Shown one piece after another: positions 14,605 to 29,882 of a stretch of DNA of 64,000 nt. Position numbers and translations under genes: made by a program. The notes beneath the pieces were generated by a model. The model searched no databases. It worked only from the letters and a program-made list of their open reading frames with translations, and was not told where the DNA came from. The first letter of the stretch is position 1, and each line of letters starts with the position of its first letter. Source of the DNA: Octopus vulgaris (lineage: Eukaryota). The stretch is taken from the NCBI GenBank assembly GCA_951406725.2, contig OX597836.1:24366001-24430000 (forward strand), in the 5' to 3' direction.

Positions 14605-14978
14605 GTGGAGGCGCAATGGCCCAGTGGTTAGGGCAGCGGACTCGCGGTCATAGGATCGAGGTTTCGATTCCCAGACCGGGCGTTGTGAGTGTTTATTGAG
14701 CGAAAACACCTAAAGCTCCACGAGGCTCCGGCAGGAGATGGAGGTAATCCCTGCTGTACTCATTCACCACAACTTTCTCTCACTCTTACTTCCTGTTTCT
14801 GTTGTACCTGTATTTCAAAGGGCCGGCCTTGTCACGCTGAATATCCCCGAGAACTACGTTAAGGGTACACGTGTCTGTGGAGTGCTCAGCCACTTACACG
14901 TTAATTTCACGAGCAGGCTGTTCCGTTGATTCGGATCAACCGGAACCCTCGTCGTCATAACCGACGGAGTGCTTCCAC
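14605..14978 (+). mobile_element. tRNA-derived SINE family C, full length, tail C1
   Basis: Head GGCGCAATGGCCCAGTGGTTAGG...GGTTTCGATTCCC (A/B boxes); 12-bp TSD AGGTTTATATGA at 14593-14604 and 14979-14990. Confidence 0.92.
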
Positions 14979-15892
14979 AGGTTTATATGAAAATTATAAA
15001 AGGTGAGGACTTATAAGGTGTCATAACTTATAAAGACTCGTATGTTTATACATATCCAAACAAAATGTGAAAGAAACAAAATTCCAATTCAAAATTTAAA
15101 TTATATTGTTTGGTTTATTACTGGGGTCAACGAATCAAACACACACACACACATATTTGGCTACCGTTGAGATAACTGAAGATATTCATCAAATCCTTAT
15201 ATTTCAAAAACAATATTTAATACTTGAAACATAACTAATGGGTGCCTTTCGGTTAAAGCAGTCACGGGTCTCCTCCCCGCCAACACGATGCCCAACGGAT
15301 ATTCTTATTTCGACGAAAATTTTCTTGAAATTATTATTAAAATATAAATATTGTAACTGGTTTAAATATTGTATTTCACAGAGATAATCTCCTAGCGTCT
15401 TCAGAGCAACCCCTTATGAACTCACGACTCCTTCAAGAGCCACACCAGCTGCTGGAAATAGCAGCAATAATCTATCTTAAATCACATTTTACAAGTATCA
15501 TCTTAAAAAGGAGAATACGCATTAGGTAATGTCCCAGATACATTATATTTGAAGAAAATAGACAGCATGGTCACGGCTAGCATGTCTTTGTTCGAATGTC
15601 TCCACAAGAGATGCTGGTGGGGGAAGAATCCAGTTCTCTTGATCATCCCCCTACCACCGCTTTCTCCCCCTCCCCAGTCGCAAACCATGAGAAACCCAAA
15701 CTAAATATCAACAATTTTAACTTCACCGAACTGTCCCGGTTGAATGTCTTCTTGAAAATATCTGACGATGGATTAAAAGATTTAAAATGTCCACACGCTT
15801 ATACACACACACACATATATATATATACACGCACACACACATACATACACATATACACGCGCACACATATATACACACACATACACGCACAA

Positions 15893-15991
<99 letters not shown>

Positions 15992-16751
15992 TGTGCGTGT
16001 GCGTGTGTGTTTATGTATATAACATGATATATGAAATGATATATGTGAGCATGCGTGTTATATTCTTCTGAAGTATCTACTGCACTGAAATCAGTGGAGG
16101 TGAAAGAGTTTGCTAACAAACACTGAAACTACATGAATGGAATGTAACCAAGTGACCTAGTAGACTGTACTAAATTACCAATGACTCCTTAGATCTGTTG
16201 CACCGAGTTGCAATAGGTGTGCAATGCCAACTGGAATATGTCTGCAAATGTAAACAACAAAAGTTCCCCCACTAAAACAACAGCGGGTCTTTAAGTAAGA
16301 CGATACAGTTAACAAGTTAGAATTACAATAAAGTTTTGGTTGATTATTGAAGTAACTCGCCCCCTAACCAACTTCCCTTGAATTTTTTTCTTTTAAATAA
16401 AAGAAATAATTAGGCAAACAAGTCGAAAGCTTTATTCCTTTGATAACTAAACAGCTAATCAAAACCATGTCATTCAATTGACTTTCAACTCGTTTCAGTT
16501 GTTTTCTTTTGTTCATAAGATTCGAGAGTTCCTGCTCCCCAGCCACCGTCCGCCCAGCCTTACACGAAACATTTTTACTTCTTCTTCTTTACAATTTGTT
16601 CCTACTGTTTACAGTTCACTTGCCAAACCTTACTTGAAATCGTGTAATAACAATCACAGACTTAGTTGTACACATACAGCGACAAATGTACATATACACA
16701 TTACAAACACTTTACTCATTTTATATACATGTATGTACACATGTGTGTATA

Positions 16752-16814
<63 letters not shown>

Positions 16815-16815
16815 A

Positions 16816-16855
<40 letters not shown>

Positions 16856-16923
16856 TATTTATATATATATATATATATGTGTGTGCATCTATATATATAT
16901 ATATGTATATATATATACATATA

Positions 16924-17040
<117 letters not shown>

Positions 17041-18058
17041 TGTTGTTTTTCATGTTAAACATAGACACACATACAGAGTCTGTCGGGATTGCAGTTTGAA
17101 GGTAATGTGTTCTTAATAACCAGTATTCACCTCTGATTCCGAAAAGGTTAGTGTAATGAGGAGGTATGTTGCAGAACAACACACTCGTATCTCTTTCATG
17201 TTTCAAGACCTTTTGACACGCTTGTTGACTGACGCTTATCACGTTAGTTGTTTCTGGAACAAGAGCGTCAAACCAAACATTACATTGGGGCAGACATTTG
17301 TTTTTTAATGTCGGCCATAGAGACCGTCAAAGACGGCAAGAAAAATAACTACGATTAGCCAGAACAAAGACTTCAAATGCTATATCTTTGTTGCTATAGA
17401 AATAGCTACAGACCCGGTTAAGTCTTCAACTGTTAATTAATCTACCGATTGTTTATTTTATTTTATTTTTCTATTTTGTTTATCTGGAGAGTTTCGATTT
17501 TGTTAATCAGAAAGTAAATTAAATCGATTTGTAAAAATATTTCCTTTCTTATTCGAAACCCTGCAAAGCACAAATTGTGAGAGAGGGGGAAACTGGAAGT
17601 TGTAGCGTTAATTGTTGTACTTATGTCAATAGCAGTAGCAATTTAAAGGGTTTCCGCTTGAGAACCAAGAAAAGATGAAAGACCAATGCTTCCCTCTCTC
17701 CGACACTAATGAATCTATACATTGCTAATTTATTTATCTAATGACAAGTTTATAACTGAATGGGTCAGTGGATAGGAGATGAACTGATTTCAAACAGTAT
17801 CGAACCGGTGATCGACTACAAACCGAGTGGACAAGCGTAAAATAATGGTTTATTGGTTCGATTACAACCAGAATACATAAACAAACATAGTGCAAATGAA
17901 ATATATGCCACATTTTCCAATTTGATTTGGCCAAGTATTTTAACATTGGACGGCTGAGATCAGTCTTGTTCTGGTGAGGAACAAAGTTTGAGATGTCCAT
18001 CTCTGTAAGTTGCAGCGCTATATGGGTTATACATAAGTAGGCAATGTCGAAAGTACAC

Positions 18059-18490
18059 GGACCTTTTCGGTTTGTACGGCAGTTTTTTCTAGCGGTGTCA
18101 TATGAAATTGTCACCCATAATTATGACCCTAGAATCGATTTATTGCATTTCAATCTCTTTTAGGATTAGGGTTAGTTAGGGTTAGGGTTAGGGGTGGGAG
18201 AAGGGTATCTTTTTTCTTCACAAATGTAAATAAACCCAATCTGTTTCTTAAACGAGGGACATATCCATACGGCACAGAATGCTTTTTACCTCAATAGACG
18301 TATTTGAGTGGTTGAAATTGCAGAAATTGAAGAAAAAAAAACAACAAATATCTTACAAACTATAGAATTTTCTCAATAAAGTCAAGAGGAAAAGATGTTT
18401 TATAAACACATTCTAGCAGTATACGAAGTTTAAAATTTTTTAGTTACCTAGAAATTATGTTAAAAACTGCCGTTCAACCCGAAAAGATCC
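18059..18490. mobile_element. Non-autonomous TIR element with internal TTAGGG repeats
   Basis: 28-bp TIRs GGACCTTTTCGGTTTGTACGGCAGTTTT / AAAACTGCCGTTCAACCCGAAAAGATCC; flanking TACAC duplicated; TTAGGG-like run at ~18160-18195. Confidence 0.82.
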
Positions 18491-18902
18491 TACACTACTC
18501 CATTGAATCACTAAGCGAAAAGACCTACCAACTGACACCTATATATAACTAGACGGACTGGACAGTGAGATTATTGTGCTTTCAACGGTATCACAATGAC
18601 AATATATGAACCATGATCCTTTCAGTCGGTAGTTTAACTTTCTATCAACTTCGACACAAATTACGACTCACCCGATTGTATTGAAGACGAGATGTTTCAT
18701 CTGCGTTAAGTAACCGTTCTATGGTAAACAGAATGACCAGGTCAGAAGATTGTCACTTCCCGTGGAGCCAGTAATTGTCTTTCTATTCTGATATATTAAA
18801 ACTATTTGTTTTTTTTTACGAAGAACGTTGTTTCTAGGAATATTGTATACGGTCATCAAAAGGTCCAGCCTTCAACTGCATGACAGCGCTAGTACTAATA
18901 TA

Positions 18903-19050
18903 GGATCTTTTCGTCATAAAATAGATTTTTCTCAAATAAACTAGTTCCAACTAGTGTCTTGTTTTGAGACACACTACCAGTACACGAAGTTTCAAATTAT
19001 TTAGTTAACTAGAAAGATCTGCGGTCCTGGCCACGATATTGAAAAGATCC
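18903..19050. mobile_element. Short relative of the 18059-18490 TIR element
   Basis: Termini GGATCTTTTC / GAAAAGATCC; 8-bp TSD CTAATATA; shared internal block CAGTA(T/C)ACGAAGTTT.AAATT.TTTAGTTA.CTAGAAA. Confidence 0.78.
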
Positions 19051-19384
19051 CTAATATAGAAATGTATAGTTAGTGATATTTAATCTTGTACCGTGTTTTA
19101 TTAAGACCAAAATGATGAAAGACGCAGAAGGCATCTGGCACATCTTAAGATAAGGGGAGGTAAGCAAATATTGCAAGGCATTTTCTCTGTTTTTCTGCTG
19201 ATTCTGTTACTGAAGGGCGTTTCGTGAGGATAATTATTTTAAATATAGGCACAGGATTATAAATATTTGAAAATTAATGAAGTCGATTGACAGGAACTCA
19301 ATAGCCGACTAATATTTATTTCATCGAGTAATAATAATGATAATAATATCAACAATAATAATGATTCTTTCTACTATAGGCACA

Positions 19385-19677
<293 letters not shown>

Positions 19678-20155
19678 GGCGCAGAGTGGCTGTGTGCAAA
19701 TATTCTGCTCAATACCACAGATTTGCTTGTCAGTTGTTTGACCTTAACCAGTTGAGCATGTCCCTTAGTGGCTGACGATATGTGCATCTCTGATCACGAG
19801 CAGAAGTAGTGGGGGCCGACCATCATAGCCATGTGTTGAGAGGGATTCTTTGGGGTTTGAAAATTCACCTCTGGAAACATGGGTGGTTCTTTCATACATC
19901 CTTATATATATACCCTATATATAAGTGTGTGTGTACCTTTGTGTGTCGGTGGGCTACTCAACCTGAAGAAAATTGCTAACTGACAACCGATGGTCATGTG
20001 TGTTTATCGATCCCCGATCACTTAGCGGTTCGCGCAAATATGGTTGTGATAGAATAAGTACTGGTGTTACAAAGAATAAGTCCCGGATGGGTCGTATTTT
20101 TACCCCAGTGTCACTTTGATGGCATCCACTGCCGCAGTCAAATGACTGAATACAA

Positions 20156-20157
<2 letters not shown>
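19678..20157 (+). mobile_element. Mosaic of SINE family B and retroposon family E between two TAA tracts
   Basis: Alternating segments match 52668-53116 (B) and the reverse complement of 43323-43878 (E). Confidence 0.75.
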
Positions 20158-20374
<217 letters not shown>

Positions 20375-20779
20375 CCATTATTTATAATAAATACCATAAA
20401 TAATACTTTAAGTAATTAAATATTTTGATTGATTGTTAACTGAGAACAGACGACTCGTAGAAAATGATAGCAATTTATGTAACGTTATGACTGGTATGCG
20501 GGGCAATAACTACGTATCACCCAATGTCATAAACGAACCCCACAAAAACCAAAATCCAATCAAGTTTCCCTGTGACGCTTTTTCTTTCTTTAACCGTTTC
20601 TTTGGATTCGTGAGTTGCGTCTGGTCATCCGACTGACCACCGTGGTCATCTGGGGCTACATACCACAACAACAACAGCTGCAACAACACCAATCACCAAG
20701 AAACAATGTAAGTACGTATTTGTGTTGGTGCGTCAGTAGGGTTATGGGAATGTTTGTGTGTATGTGTTTTACATGAGTC

Positions 20780-20948
20780 TGGCATGGCCGTGTGGCTTCC
20801 CAAAGCACATGGTTCCGGGTTCAGTCCCGATGCGTGGCACCTTGGACGAGTGTCTTCTACTGTAACCTCGGGCCGACCAGTGCTTTGTGAGTATATTTGG
20901 TTGACGGAAACTGAAAGAAGCCTGTCATGAATGTATTATGTCGGTGTG

Positions 20949-21006
<58 letters not shown>

Positions 21007-21215
21007 AATTTGTGTTTGTCCTTCACCACAGCTTGACAACCGGTGTTGGTCTGTTTACGTCCTCGTAACTTTTGGGTTCGGCAAAAGAGACCGATAGAGC
21101 AAGTACCAGTCTAAGAAATAAGTACTGGCATCGATTCATTCAACTAAAAATTCTTCAAAGTGGTGCTCCAGCATGGCCACAGTCCACAGTCTGATGACAA
21201 GTAAAGAATAAAAGA
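20780..21215 (+). mobile_element. SINE family B, diverged copy
   Basis: GGTTCCGGGTTCAGTCCC B-box region, internal (TG)n, GGTGCTCCAGCATGGCC tail. Confidence 0.85.
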
Positions 21216-21736
21216 AGAAATATTTGGTCAAGTGCGCGCGTGCGTGCGTCAGGCCGTGCTTCAGAATATGTGCGCTTGAAAGTGTGCGTATATCATTGAG
21301 ATTATGTTAGCGTGTGTATCATTCTGTGTGTGTATGTGTATTCACGCTGATGTGAGTGTGTGTATATGCGTGTCTTACAGAGTTTATTCGGGGTGGGGGG
21401 TGGAGGTGTTTCATTTTGTTTATGCGTGTGTATGTGTATTTGTGTTAGAGTATGTTTATGTGTAGATGAGTCAGTGTGTGAGTGTGCAACATGGTGAGTG
21501 ATACTGAAAGGAGAGATGAAGAGCTCAACATGTCTGTTTATAAAACGGTTTCCCATTAAACTAGTTGTGTCATCGGCCAAGTTGAGCACGAAATAATGTC
21601 AAACCGACCACACTGCGGTAAATATACGCATACCACCTTATAAACACTCACCACTGACTTATAGGCTATACACATTTACATAAAGCATATACCTATGAAA
21701 TGTGACAAATTCACACGGGCTGAGCACATATGTATG

Positions 21737-21836
<100 letters not shown>

Positions 21837-22079
21837 ATAACATATAGATTTATATATATATATATATATATATATGAAGTGTGTGTGTGGAGAGAGAGAG
21901 AGAGAAAAAGAGAAAATCACCAAATTAAGTACGTGAGGAAAACAAATATTTTTTCCAATGAACTGAACTCTCTCCCTGCTTTTTCATACATATCTATATG
22001 TCTATATCTATGAATCTATCTATCTATCTATTTATAAATATATGTGTGCGCGCGCGTGTGTCTGTGTGTGTGTGTCTGC

Positions 22080-22153
<74 letters not shown>

Positions 22154-22727
22154 CGTGTGTGTGTGTACATGCATACAACCATACATACAATCAACTCGCC
22201 GGCGCATGTGTGTATATTGCGTACAACAATTTGCTTCTATACTCTACCACTGCAGATGGTAGTTGAATAAATATTATGACGACTATACAGGCAGAATACT
22301 GTCACACCTTTCATCTTGAATCTGTTCTTTGATATCAGAACATTCCATGATCAAGAATTTCGACTCACAACATTTTTGTTTATTTTTTTCTCTTTTCTTT
22401 ATCCTGTACTTTGTATCAACTTATGAATATACTTACAACTTACAACACCAACCACCCTTTTGTTTATTTGTCGTTCTTTGATCAATGCGCTTTTGTTGCT
22501 TCTGGGTATATTTAGGCCAGTTTAGCCTCAACCTTTCTACCCTCACCCCTATTTTCTTTGGGATTTTGTTTTTCTCATTTTTGTGGGGTTTTTTTTTATA
22601 GATTTGATGAAACCACACAATCGTTGAATATGGTAATTTACGTAGTATAAACTAAAATTTTATTTCGGTCAACGCCCATTCCAGAGCTTTGGGATCTTCA
22701 GGGGATGAACAGGTTCTTCTTGACAGT

Positions 22728-22833
<106 letters not shown>

Positions 22834-23000
22834 CATATGTGTATATAGGTATGTATGTGTATATGTGTGTTCACAGAGCATACAAATATGTTCAGAGAAC
22901 ATGCAGGCGTACACATGTTGCATGTATGTTTATGTATGTACGTATATATCTGTTTATAAATATGTAATATATCATGTACATGTATATTCAATATAACATG

Positions 23001-23039
<39 letters not shown>

Positions 23040-23326
23040 ACCTACGTATTTCTATAATCAATTTATGGGTGATGTAACTGGAGACGACTTGGTAGACTGT
23101 AACAGTAGTGGGTGTCTGGGGCTTGATTCCCCGAAAACACATCCACACCCACCCACCCACACATTGCATACATTTACATATAATTAAGCTTATGAATTTG
23201 CATATTGATGAATTTGCATATTGATGTTCACATAATTAGATAACGAGAAAGAACATATGAATCACATTCCAGCATACGCACACATACTTACACATACTTA
23301 CACACATGCACTCAAACACATGTATA

Positions 23327-23583
23327 TCACACATGATCACATGACCGACCAGACCATCAGATGTTGCTACACATCGCTGGTCACAATGTGTTCGCATTGT
23401 TTTTTTTTAGCAAGCCAACAGAAGAAAGAGTGAGAGAAAGAGTGGTGAAAGACTACAGCAGGGATCACCCCCCCCCCTGCCGGGAGCTTTTAGTTGTTTT
23501 CGCTCAATAAGCGGTCTGGGAATCGAAACCGCGATCCTACGACCGCGAGTTCGCTGCCCTAACCACTAGGCCATTGCGCCACC
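23327..23583 (-). mobile_element. SINE family C with alternative tail C2
   Basis: Same tRNA head as 14605; different 3' part shared with 32887-33160. Confidence 0.8.
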
Positions 23584-23591
23584 ACATATAC

Positions 23592-23675
<84 letters not shown>

Positions 23676-23811
23676 ATGCATGTATGTATGTATGTATGTA
23701 TGTATGTATGTATGTATGTATGATGTATGTATGTATGTATTGAACTCTACACAGTTTTTCTCTCTCTCCGTTTTTTCCCTCTTATTCTTTTCTGTCGATA
23801 ATATGTGCGCG

Positions 23812-24022
23812 CACGTGTGTGTGTGTGTTTGTCCTCTACCACATCTTGACAACAGGTGTTGGTAGTGTTTACGTCCCCGTAACCTAGCGGTTCGGCAATA
23901 GAACCCGATAGAATAAGCACCAGGCTTTAAAAAGGTAAGTACTGGGATATATTCGTTCAACTAAGATTCTCGAAGGCGGTGCCCCAGCATGGCCACAGTC
24001 TAATGAGTGAAAGATAAAAGAT
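23812..24022 (+). mobile_element. SINE family B 3' half
   Basis: GTTTACGTCCCCGTAACCTAGCGGTTCGGC...GGCGGTGCCCCAGCATGGCC. Confidence 0.8.
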
Positions 24023-24306
24023 CAATTTATTACTACAGCCCATTTCCGAAAGTCACTTTCAAAATCGGTTTTTAACGTTGATTTCGCTTTCTCGGATATT
24101 CTTCTAAAAGTTTCTTGCAGAGTAAATTGCATGGATTTGTGTTATCGACGTTTTGGCATTTGCAGTACGGCACCGATTCTTGTAATACGTTGTAATACGT
24201 AGTACAGATGGCACGCGATTGTCTTTACATCGACAAGGGTTTTATCCGATCATAGATTCTAGATTTCTACAAGAATCCACACTGCTAGAAATACAATGTA
24301 TCAAGC

Positions 24307-24389
<83 letters not shown>

Positions 24390-25086
24390 GACTATGTACA
24401 CTAAAGAGGCAGGAAATAGTATATGTAGGGCGTACTTATTTTGCCAGATATTCGATATGTTTTTATAACTCTATATAGTATACACGAGTCCAGCTAGGTA
24501 CAGGTATTTGTCTTTGAAGTGTGTTGTGCTGCGACAAAGTGTGTTTGGCGACAAAGGTGCGATACATGATTTATATAATACCAACAGGATTTGAACTCAT
24601 TTAGATTAAAATTTGATTCTTTCATCGGTCATTCTCTCGTTTCCGCCTATCTACCGCCTGTAATCATTCCTATAGAACGATTTAAGAGTAGTCTGATGTT
24701 AGTAATATTATAATTGTTTTCGATTTAAACAGACCGGACGAACGAAAAGCAAGGTTGATCCCAGAATGTAAAGAGACCAAAGAATCAGCCCAAGGCATTT
24801 CGTCGGATGCTCTAACGATTTTACCAGCTCGCTGTCCGCCTTCTGAATATTTTAAGGAGACAAAGTCACGAATATATTGGTCTAATTGATTGAAGCAGTT
24901 TTTAATATGTTAATGATTCCGAGAAAGAAAAGATAAGCCAACTGCAGCGGAGAGTCAAACATCAAAGGGACATAACTGATACTGCCTGTAGCCATTGAAT
25001 TAATAAAAGTTAATATGATAGGCACAAGGCCAGCAATTTTGAGGAGAAGAATTACTCTTTTACATTTTATCTTGCCCTATACTTAT

Positions 25087-25400
25087 TGTGAGTGTTTATT
25101 GAGCGAAAACACCTAAAGCTCCACGAGGCTCCGGCAGGGGATGGTGGTGATCCCTGCTGTACTCTTTCACCACAATTTTCTCTCACTCTTACTTCCTGTT
25201 TCTGTTGTACCTGTATTTCAAAGGGCCGGCCTTGTCACTCTCTGTGTCACGCTGAATATCCCCGAGAACTACGTTAAGGGTACACGTATCTGTGGAGTGC
25301 TCAGCCACTTACACGTTAATTTCACGAGCAGGCTGTTCCATTGATTCGGATCAACCGGAACTCTCATCGTCGTAACCGACGGAGTGCTTCCACATTCCAC
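25087..25400 (+). mobile_element. SINE family C, 5'-truncated, tail C1
   Basis: Near-identical to 14683-14978; TSD ATACTTAT at 25079-25086 and 25401-25408. Confidence 0.88.
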
Positions 25401-26455
25401 ATACTTATGCAATACTTTCTTTATTAATTTTATTTTAGTTTTGTCCATTTTGTTGTTGTTTTCCTTCATAAATCTGTCCTGCTTGAGTAAATTCTGCCAA
25501 TTATTTCAAGGTGGATCTCCTTTATCAAACCTTCTTGTCTATGTTAGACAATATGTTCACAGAAACCTGATAAATTACTGGCGTTATAATTTAACCGAGT
25601 GATCACAGCACTAATTAATATAATCATTAAATCCAGGTGGGGTGAGGAAGGGGTTCTATGTTTTCATTGGCTCACATCACACCTGCACATTCTGTCTGTT
25701 GAAGAATTCAGCATTGTTCCGTCCATTCTAGCGCTGGCTTCTCAGCATATCTCAAGAGAAAAGTATTTTAAGCACTGCGTAATTGGAGGACGGATATCAT
25801 TTTCAAAAAACTATTTTGCACATTCCCGGTCACACTCGATTTGCATAAGGGTAAAAAGATCGTGTAATAGAATGCAATTTAAATTCTACAAGGAATAATG
25901 GAAGCCATGTGTTGGTGTTTGTCGGGAGAGTGAATATAATGCAGAGTTGATTCTGTATTTAGACTAAATGAGTGTTAGAAATAAAATATGGACCTCCTGT
26001 ATAACTTGAACAAAGGCATTTATTTTCTTCGTTTATGTTTTAGTTTCAGGGAAGGGATAAATCCACATCTCACAGACCTCTTCTGTACTAAAATTTATTG
26101 AACATTGAAGAAAGAAATATTTGACAGATTTAGGGGTCCCATATGAAGATTTCATTATTGTGCATTGTGATATTTGGGCATTCCTTCTGCAAGTAACCCT
26201 CATTGTGCTAGGTGATATCTGCTTGCATCGATGTGAAGTGCATACATACATGCATGCATACATATACACGTACATATACACATACATATATGCATACATG
26301 TACACATACGTACATGCAAATGCATGAATACATACATGCATATAAATGTGCATATACATGTATACATATATGTATATATATATACGAGCATACATATGCA
26401 TACCAACATGTATCAATATATATGCATATAGATGCATGCGTATACAGAAACACGT

Positions 26456-26672
26456 TGGTTTCAAATTTTGGCACAAAGCCAGCAACTTGAGGGGAGGAGG
26501 TTAGTCGATTACATCGCATCGACCACCAGTGCTCACCCATCACGTATTTTATCGACTCGCAAAGGATAAAAGACAAAGTCGACCTGCACGGAATTTGAAA
26601 TCAGAACATAAAGACAGACCAAATACTGCTGAGCATTTTGCCCGCCGCGCTAACGACTCTGCCAGTTCACCG
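26456..26672 (-). mobile_element. SINE family A, tail A2, diverged
   Basis: TTTCAAATTTTGGCACAAAGCCAGC tail plus family-A core and head. Confidence 0.8.
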
Positions 26673-27521
26673 CTTTAATGCAAAGCGTAATATAGGGTTT
26701 CCATTGGTTATATCGATCAGGACCCGGCTACTGGAATTTCAACTTACTTTTCCCGACCCGGTGGCAAAATGGCTAAATACGTTTTCCCACTTCTTTGCTT
26801 ATCATCAGAGGAAATTATCCTCCAGTTGCTTTAGAGAAAATCAACCGCTACCGAAATAGTATGCAAGTGGATATTTGCTATTGGTGAAGCAATTAGCAGG
26901 CTTTCAATGATGTAACTATTTTAAGTATGATAGACAGATTACTGATCTGGACTAATGGTGCTTCTGCTGCTAATAACGAATATATACACACATGTGTGAG
27001 AGTGTTTGTACGCATGCGTGTGTCTGTGTCTGGCCTCTCTCTACCCACCTCTCCCTCTCTCTCTCTCTTATTCCTACTGCCATTCTCCCTCTCTCCATTT
27101 TTATCTATATCATACCATGTGTCCGCGCTTATATATTTCACTTTATTTCCTTCTAATTGAGAAGCTGTGTTTCTTGTCCTTCTGATCTCTGTTTTATGTA
27201 TTATTTACGCCATAGCTTTCCTTTTTTTCTTCTTTCCCTTTGTCTTTTAAATGGTAGTCACAGCCGCCTCGCTCTACTCTTATATATTGAATCACATCAT
27301 TCGGGAGATGCTAAGGGAAGAAGAAGAAGAAGAAGAAGAAGAAGAAGAAGAAGACTATAGAATAGACATATTTTCATACTTGTGTGTGTGTGTGTGTGTG
27401 TGTGTGCGCGTGTAGAATTGTGTATATGTAAATGTACATTAATATATAAATATTTATATGTATAACATGCATGTATCATGTATCTATATATATATATATA
27501 CACACATATATATGTATATAT

Positions 27522-27570
<49 letters not shown>

Positions 27571-27571
27571 C

Positions 27572-27669
<98 letters not shown>

Positions 27670-28261
27670 TTCACTATAAAATCATCTTAGCATTTTCTAT
27701 TTTTGACTTGTTTTTTCATATATATATATATATATATACATATATATATACACAAACACATACACACAGGCACACACCCATACATATATATATATGGGTG
27801 TGAGCGACTGCGTATACATCTGCATGTAATGTCTGTGTATATGTATGTCTATTAGAGAGAGAGAGGGAGAGAGAGTAACAGAGAGAGAGAGAGAGAGGAA
27901 GAGAGAGAGAGCGACAGAGACAGAGAGTGAGAAAGGAATAGGCAGGGTGGAAAAGAGACGGGGATCTAGCTAAAAAAAAAAAAAAAGAAAACTGGGTGGA
28001 TGGGGTGTATAATGGCGTTGGTTGGGAAGAGCATCAAAGAAACCGGCGAGTAATTGGAACTGTAAGTTGGTAAGGACCAGCGGTCATCGGTCCTCCCCAG
28101 ATCTGTTTACTAAGTACTAAGATTACCCCCATTAATCTTGCTAATCACCCAGACAAGTATATTTTAGGACGGCTTATGTCGCTGTTTGAGAACGTGCTTT
28201 AATGTGTGAACATGAGGTGCATTTTACATATGTGCGACTGAGCGAGTACAAATGTATGTGT

Positions 28262-28545
<284 letters not shown>

Positions 28546-28650
28546 TTCCTTTTGTATGTGTGCGTGTGGGTGTGTATACGTACATTTAGATATGTGTGTG
28601 TCTGAGTGTCAAAGCGTATGAATGAATTTACATGTGGCTATATACGCCTG

Positions 28651-28709
<59 letters not shown>

Positions 28710-28780
28710 ATATGTGCTTGAATATATATACGCACACACATACATACACACACATATACACATAAAGAAATATATGTGTG

Positions 28781-28813
<33 letters not shown>

Positions 28814-29774
28814 TGTATGTATGTATGTATGTGTGTTTGTATGTATGTAATGTATATTGCGATTATGCGCTATAAAACACTTACGATAAACTACTCTACA
28901 CCCCTCGTATGTAAATATGTAAATGTACACGTATATTTGCTCTTGTATTTCTATTATTACTATAATTAGCTATGAAAGAGGTGTTCGACACAGTGACAGA
29001 GCGACGAACAAAATGCTTTGTAGAGTTTCATTTCGCACATTTGAGTTGTAAATTCGAATCAAATGATCGTGGTGCTGTCTTAGGATTCTTCAAGATTTGA
29101 GTCTTAAATCCAGAGTAGATTTGAATCCATTATATATTGTATTCGGTTTCATAACGGCGTCACTAACGACATAGTCTTTGAATTTGATTATGAAAATTTC
29201 TCGACGTGAAGGCCACACAATTTTTGACGAGAGACCTTGCAGTTTGACTCTCATGGATTTAAAAGAGAGGATCTATGCAAATATGAAGACGACACTGCAA
29301 CTGAGTAAATGCCAATGAGTATAACGTCTTTAAACGGTGCGAGAATTTTTAGGCTAACAAGAGTGAATGAATCTGACAGTTTGAAAGTGGGCCACGGAAG
29401 AAACCACGCTGTGAACTGTGTATTCACATATCAAAATATAAATACATAGTTGAATAATGACTGTAAAAAGTCTTTTAAATTCTGGATTTGGAGTGTTTGG
29501 AAAAACCTTTGAAAGAACTAACAAAAGGATGGAGATTATCTCAGTATATCGCCAACAAAACAAACTATAATTTACAGACTACAACAGCAAAACAGAACCT
29601 CATTAATCTACCGGATGAAAACAAATGATACCATTCAGAAATAAAATTCAAAATTTTCTTTCTTGATACGTCATCTGAGAAGTACCTAGAATAACTCTCT
29701 TTCTCTCTCCCCCCCTCTCTCTCTCTCTCTCACTCACACATATGTATGTGTGTGTATATATATATATGTATGTA

Positions 29775-29812
<38 letters not shown>

Positions 29813-29832
29813 CATATATACGCACACACACT

Positions 29833-29882
<50 letters not shown>

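Noticed and set aside
14605-14680. tRNA-like sequences here and at 31219, 40774, 44200 and 52668
   Set aside because: They are SINE heads continuing into repeated bodies with TSDs or tails; no complete cloverleaf.
15420-15600. Old dispersed repeat with faint relatives near 31840-32000, 36500-36620 and 63770-63890
   Set aside because: Similarity is too decayed to define boundaries or class.
18160-18195. TTAGGG run as a telomere or chromosome-fusion site
   Set aside because: Only a few imperfect units, internal to a TIR element.
29100-29350. Faint Tc1/mariner-like C-terminal residue pattern
   Set aside because: No TIRs or intact catalytic motif could be confirmed by eye.
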